NCBI RefSeq assembly: GCF_016127575.1
Contig: NZ_CP066019.1
Coordinates: 2,790,001-2,822,000, forward strand
DNA length: 32,000 nucleotides
Direction: 5' to 3'
DNA from: Cupriavidus necator
GTDB taxonomy: Bacteria > Pseudomonadota > Gammaproteobacteria > Burkholderiales > Burkholderiaceae
The notes beneath the pieces are model-generated. The model made no database searches. It was not told where the DNA came from and worked only from the letters and a program-made list of their open reading frames with translations. Within the stretch, counting starts at the first letter, position 1. Every line of letters begins with the position of its first letter. The translations under genes and the position numbers were made by a program. Of this stretch, positions 25,908-32,000 are shown in pieces.

Positions 25908-27236
25908 CTACCCGGCCCCAAACACCACCCTCACCCTCAACCCCGGCCCCGCATCCTCCAGCACCACCCGCGCCCCATGCGACTGGGCAATCTCCGCCAC
26001 GATGGCCAGCCCCAGCCCGCTGCCGCCGGTCGGCGCATCGGCCACCCGATAGAACCGGTCAAACACGCGCGCCCGCTCCTCAGCGGGGATCCCCGGCCCG
26101 TTGTCGCTGACAACCAGCTCAACGGCGCGCCCATCGGCGCTGCGACCCACCAGCACATCGATACGGCTTCCGGCAGGGATATAAGCCAGCGCATTGTCCA
26201 GCAGGTTGGTCAGCAGGATGCGCAACGCATCCACATCTCCACGCACCACCACCGGCGACGTGTCCTTGCTGCCGTCCAGCCCAAGGTCGATATTGCGATC
26301 CAGCGCTGCCTGCGCCATGTCCGCGACCACGCTTGCGGCCAGTTGATGCAGCTCCACCGGTTCGTGCCGGGGCATGGCTGCGCCCGGCTCCTGCCGTGCC
26401 AGCGTCAAAAGCTGGGTGACCAGGTGGGTCAGCCGCTCCAGCCCCTGGCGCAGCTTGCCGATCGCTTCGTCACGCGCTGCGCCGTTGGCGGCGCGCTCCA
26501 CCAGCTGTGCCTGCAACTGCAGCGCTGCCAGCGGCGTGCGCAGGGCGTGCGCGGCGTCGGCGACGAAGGCACGCTGGGTGTCGATGGCGTGCGAGAGCCG
26601 CGCCAGCAGCTGGTTCAGCGCTGCGCTCAGCGGAGCGATCTCGTCCGGCATCTGGCGCACGGCCAGCGGCGCCAGTGTGTTGGCGTCGCGCGCGCGCACT
26701 TCGGTGGCAATTTCGCGCAGCGGGCGCAGGCCGCGCCCCACTGCCATCCACACCAGCCAGCCCAGCAGCGGCAGCAGCAACAGCAGCGGCGCCACGGTGC
26801 GCAGCGCCATGCGCGCGGCCAGGGTGCGCCGTGCGCTCATCGGCTGCGCGATCTGCACCACGGTGGGCCCAAGCTGCATGCTGTATAGGCGCCATTCGCC
26901 CTGCTGCGTGGTCACGTTGGAAAAGCCCAGTTCCGCACGCGCGGGCAGCGCCGGGTGCGAATGCGACAGGTACAGGCTGCGGCCGGAGCCGTCCCAGATG
27001 TGGATGACCACATCCTCGTCGGCGTGGGTCAGGTCGCCGGGCGAGCCCAGGAAAGGCGGCGCCACCGGGTCGGCGAACTGGCTGGGCAATGCCGCGGCCA
27101 TCTGCTTCATCTGGTAGTCGAACAGCGCGTTGGCTTCCTGCCGTGCCTGCCCGTAGATCAGCGCCGTGGCGACGGCGATGCCGGCAAGCAGGCCCGCGGC
27201 CAGCCACCACAGCAGGGTTCGCTGGATGGAGCGCAT
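25908..27236 (-). CDS. two-component sensor histidine kinase (periplasmic sensing domain, HAMP, HisKA, HATPase)
   Basis: Two TM segments flank a domain of about 130 aa. H-box FVADAAHALRTPLAAL, N-box LLDNALAY and G-boxes DNGPGIP / GGSGLGLAIV are present. Its ATG overlaps the regulator stop by 1 nt (TGATG). Confidence 0.9.
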   Translation of the reverse strand: MRSIQRTLLWWLAAGLLAGIAVATALIYGQARQEANALFDYQMKQMAAALPSQFADPVAPPFLGSPGDLTHADEDVVIHIWDGSGRSLYLSHSHPALPARAELGFSNVTTQQGEWRLYSMQLGPTVVQIAQPMSARRTLAARMALRTVAPLLLLLPLLGWLVWMAVGRGLRPLREIATEVRARDANTLAPLAVRQMPDEIAPLSAALNQLLARLSHAIDTQRAFVADAAHALRTPLAALQLQAQLVERAANGAARDEAIGKLRQGLERLTHLVTQLLTLARQEPGAAMPRHEPVELHQLAASVVADMAQAALDRNIDLGLDGSKDTSPVVVRGDVDALRILLTNLLDNALAYIPAGSRIDVLVGRSADGRAVELVVSDNGPGIPAEERARVFDRFYRVADAPTGGSGLGLAIVAEIAQSHGARVVLEDAGPGLRVRVVFGAG

Positions 27237-27949
27237 CAGGGGGTGTCTCCTTCGCCCACGGATGCTGCATCCCCATCGAGGCGCGGCACCACATAGCCCA
27301 CGCCGCGGATATTGCGAATCAGCGCCGCGCCGAACTTCTTACGCAGCGCGTGGATATAGACCTCGACGGTATTGCTGCCGACTTCATCGTCCCAGCCGTA
27401 CAGCCGCTCCTGCAGCTGCGGCACCGACCAGACCTTGCCGGGCCGCGCCATCAGCGCGGCCAGCAGCGCGAACTCGCGCGCCGACAGGCGCACCGGCTCG
27501 CCGCGGTGGGTGGCCTCGCGGGTAGTGGGGTTGAGCACGATGTCGCCGTAGCTGACCAGCGGTTCCGCCCGGCCGGCGGCACGGCGCGCCAGCGCGTGCA
27601 TGCGCGCCGCCAGTTCCTGCAGGTCAAAGGGCTTGACCAGGTAATCATCGGCGCCGGCATTGAGCCCCGCGACACGATCCGCGACGGCATCGCGCGCGGT
27701 CAGGATCAGCACCGGCGTCGGCACGCCGCGCGCGCGCAAGGTGCGCAGCACGTCGAGGCCCGGGCGCCGCGGCAGGCCGAGGTCGAGCAGGATCAGGTCA
27801 TAGCACGCCTGGCCGTGCTGCGCGGTGCTGGCCGCGGCCAGGCCCGCGTCGCCGTCGCGCACCCAGTCGACGGTAAAGCCTTCCTGGCGCAGCGCCAGCT
27901 TGACGCTGTCGCCGATCATGGCGTCGTCTTCCACCAGCAGCACGCGCAT
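27236..27949 (-). CDS. OmpR-family response regulator (GltR-like by gene context)
   Basis: MRVLLVEDD...DLILLDLGLP...LILTARD...DDYLVKPF is a receiver domain, followed by a winged-helix output (LSAREFALLAALMARPGKVWS...VEVYIHALRKK). The ATG at 27949 lies 2 nt after the glk stop. The ORF-track extension overlaps glk out of frame. Confidence 0.9.
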   Translation of the reverse strand: MRVLLVEDDAMIGDSVKLALRQEGFTVDWVRDGDAGLAAASTAQHGQACYDLILLDLGLPRRPGLDVLRTLRARGVPTPVLILTARDAVADRVAGLNAGADDYLVKPFDLQELAARMHALARRAAGRAEPLVSYGDIVLNPTTREATHRGEPVRLSAREFALLAALMARPGKVWSVPQLQERLYGWDDEVGSNTVEVYIHALRKKFGAALIRNIRGVGYVVPRLDGDAASVGEGDTP

Positions 27950-27951
27950 GG

Positions 27952-28965
27952 CTATGCGTTCCGGCCGCGGCCGTCGAGCTGCTCGGCCAGTGCGCGCGCC
28001 AGTCCCGGCAGCGCGGGGTGGCTGGCGGTGATGACGTGGACCGGCACGGCCTCCAGCCAGCCGCGCATGCGGCCCTTGGCGACAAAGCGCTCGGCGAAGG
28101 CCGAGGCCTGCAGCGCAGGCACGAAGCGTGGCAGGATGCCGCCGCCCAGGTAGACCCCGCCACGTGCGCCCAGCACCAGGGCGATGTCGGCCGCAACCGA
28201 GCCGAGCAGGCCGAAGAACACCGCCATGGCGCGCTGGCACAGCGGGTCGTGGCGCTCGAAGGCGCCGGTGGTGACCTGCTCCGGCAACAGCGGCGCGAGC
28301 AAAAGCGTACCCGTTTCTGCGGCCAGCGCGGCATGGATATGCGACAGGCCGCTGCCGCACAGGAGCCTCTCCGCCGACACCCGGCCAACGTTGCGATGGG
28401 CGGCGCGCCAGGCGATCCATTCGTCGTCAGTGTCGGGCATCAGCTCGATATGGCCGCCTTCGCCGGCCAGCGCCACGGCTGCTCCGCCCGGCGCCGGCAC
28501 CAGGCCGGAAACGCCCAGCCCGGTGCCCGGCCCGACCAGCGCGAGCGGCGCGGTGCGCACCGCGGTGCCGGCACGCACGGGCACCAGCCCGTCGGCAGGC
28601 AGGTACGGCAGGGCCAGCGCCAGCGCGGTGAAGTCGTTGATGGCCACCAGCGTCTGCAGCCCGAGCGCGCGCCGCATGCCGTCGATCGAGAACGACCAGT
28701 TGTGGTTGGTGAGCCGGACCTGGTCGCCGGTCACCGGGTTGGCCAGGCCGATCGCCGCGTGGCGCGGCACCGGCTTGCCCGACGCGGAAAGTCCGTCGAG
28801 GTATTGGCGCAGGGCTGCTTCGAGCGACGGGAAATCGGCCACCTTCAGCGCGGTCACCGGGCCGATCCGCATTGGTGCGGTTTCCAGTGCAAAGCGCACG
28901 TTGGTGCCGCCCACATCGCCGAGCAGGCGGGGGAAGTCAGCGCAGGAGGATGCAGTGGTGGCCAT
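27952..28965 (-). CDS. glk: glucokinase
   Basis: LLGDVGGTNVRFAL (ATP-binding), a ROK-less Glk family pattern, GPGTGLGVSGL and YLGGGILPRF. Confidence 0.9.
   Translation of the reverse strand: MATTASSCADFPRLLGDVGGTNVRFALETAPMRIGPVTALKVADFPSLEAALRQYLDGLSASGKPVPRHAAIGLANPVTGDQVRLTNHNWSFSIDGMRRALGLQTLVAINDFTALALALPYLPADGLVPVRAGTAVRTAPLALVGPGTGLGVSGLVPAPGGAAVALAGEGGHIELMPDTDDEWIAWRAAHRNVGRVSAERLLCGSGLSHIHAALAAETGTLLLAPLLPEQVTTGAFERHDPLCQRAMAVFFGLLGSVAADIALVLGARGGVYLGGGILPRFVPALQASAFAERFVAKGRMRGWLEAVPVHVITASHPALPGLARALAEQLDGRGRNA
28303..28321 (+). repeat. 19-bp motif AAGCGTACCCGTTTCTGCG, copy C (inside glk, on the antisense strand)
   Basis: Exact copy. It is read on the minus strand as glk codons for AAETGTLL. 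Confidence 0.9.
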
Positions 28966-29000
28966 GGTGTCGGGTAGTGCTCCGCTTGGGAATCAGTCTG

Positions 29001-29681
<681 letters not shown>

Positions 29682-29715
29682 GATGGTTTCCTTTGCGATT
29701 CTGCGAGCGCATGGC

Positions 29716-31179
<1,464 letters not shown>

Positions 31180-31308
31180 CCTGGACTCCTTTAGCGATTT
31201 GAGGACCCGCCATGGAAGGCGCGCGGTGTGGCCAGTTTACGTGACTCGCCAGCGCTTGGCGAGGCGCAGGCCGCGGCACTTGCTTGGCAAAGGCATGACC
31301 GGAGCGCG

Positions 31309-31327
31309 AAGCGTACCCGTTTCTGCG
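31309..31327 (+). repeat. 19-bp motif AAGCGTACCCGTTTCTGCG, copy D
   Basis: Exact copy in the divergent zwf/edd intergenic region. It lies 73 nt upstream of the edd ATG, 130 nt upstream of the zwf start, and 42 nt upstream of a GCGCTAGGCT -10-like box (31369-31374). Confidence 0.9.
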
Positions 31328-31399
31328 TGTGCTGCGCAGTGGATCGTGCGGTACGCGGCAAAGTGCGCTAGGCTGAAAGCTCCCCCGCAGGAGAACCCC

Positions 31400-32000
31400 A
31401 TGCCACGTCATCCAGTGCTCGAGCGGGTCACCGCCCGCATCGTCTCCCGCAGCGCCGCCTCGCGCCAGGCGTACCTTGACCGCACCCACGCCATGGCCGG
31501 GCAGAAGGTCGAACGCGCGCAGCTTTCCTGTACCAACCTGGCCCATGCGGTGGCTGCCATGCCGGACGCCGCGAAGATCCGGCTGAAGGCCGACGAGCGG
31601 CCCAACCTGGCGATCGTCTCGGCCTACAACGACATGCTGTCGGCGCACCAGCCGCTGGCGGCTTTCCCTCAGTGGCTCAAGGAAGCGGCGCTCGAGGCCG
31701 GCGGCACCGCGCAGTTTGCCGGCGGCACGCCCGCGATGTGCGACGGCGTCACGCAGGGCCAGGACGGCATGGACCTGTCGCTGTTCTCGCGCGATGTGAT
31801 TGCGCTGGCCACGGCGGTGGCGCTGTCGCATCAGATGTTCGATGCCGCGCTGTACCTGGGCGTGTGCGACAAGATCGTGCCCGGGCTGGTGATGGGCGCG
31901 CTGTCGTTCGGCCACCTGCCGGCCGTGTTCGTGCCGGGCGGGCCGATGACCACCGGCATCAGCAACGACGAAAAGGCGCACACGCGCCAGCTCTACGCCG
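31400..32000 (+). CDS. edd: phosphogluconate dehydratase (Entner-Doudoroff), N-terminal part, continues beyond the window
   Basis: [18 protein letters not shown]...[16 protein letters not shown]...[18 protein letters not shown]...[11 protein letters not shown] are IlvD/Edd-family motifs with the Edd-type N-terminus. GGAGAA lies 5 nt upstream of the ATG. Confidence 0.9.
   Translation, partial: MPRHPVLERVTARIVSRSAASRQAYLDRTHAMAGQKVERAQLSCTNLAHAVAAMPDAAKIRLKADERPNLAIVSAYNDMLSAHQPLAAFPQWLKEAALEAGGTAQFAGGTPAMCDGVTQGQDGMDLSLFSRDVIALATAVALSHQMFDAALYLGVCDKIVPGLVMGALSFGHLPAVFVPGGPMTTGISNDEKAHTRQLYA

Overview
This is a high-GC, gene-dense window. Composition and gene content look like a Burkholderiaceae (Cupriavidus/Ralstonia-type) chromosome or chromid; that placement is inference, as no search was possible. 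I support about 33 protein-coding genes, 2 decayed genes, several regulatory sites and two repeat families. I saw no rRNA, tRNA, CRISPR array, transposase, integrase or recognisable phage or defence cassette.

Gene content, in order:
- LysR fragment, PhnB-like VOC protein, SlyX, DUF1439 protein, EamA transporter.
- A four-gene minus-strand cluster: two orphans, an Oxidored-like mini-protein and a class-II sirtuin.
- A PlpD-type patatin/Omp85 lipase.
- A decayed YeeE/YedE pair ending in a 9-bp tandem array.
- PcaR-like IclR regulator, YcgR, a divergent LysR/LysE pair.
- An adaptive-response cluster (Ada-AlkA fusion, Ogt, ThpR) and a secreted M16 peptidase.
- An orphan gene behind a strong LexA box, then an acyl-CoA dehydrogenase with a trailing orphan, and an OPT transporter.
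- An aromatic-type FAD monooxygenase, DUF2783 and MarR operon, then YccF and a 2-hydroxyacid dehydrogenase.
- An Entner-Doudoroff block, zwf-pgl-glk fused to an OmpR-type response regulator and histidine kinase, divergent from edd.

Most interesting signals:
1. An exactly conserved, non-palindromic 19-bp motif (AAGCGTACCCGTTTCTGCG) occurs four times, always in the same orientation, only around the sugar-catabolic block. One copy lies inside the glk coding sequence.
2. A near-consensus SOS box controls an uncharacterised 124-aa protein.
3. In a 9-bp tandem array upstream of the IclR regulator, all variant positions are synonymous in one frame, giving (Met-Arg-Ala)x8.
4. An Oxidored-like mini-protein appears translationally coupled (TTGA overlap) to a canonical sirtuin.

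I cannot demonstrate a complete new multi-gene system from sequence alone. The items above are candidates, not claims.
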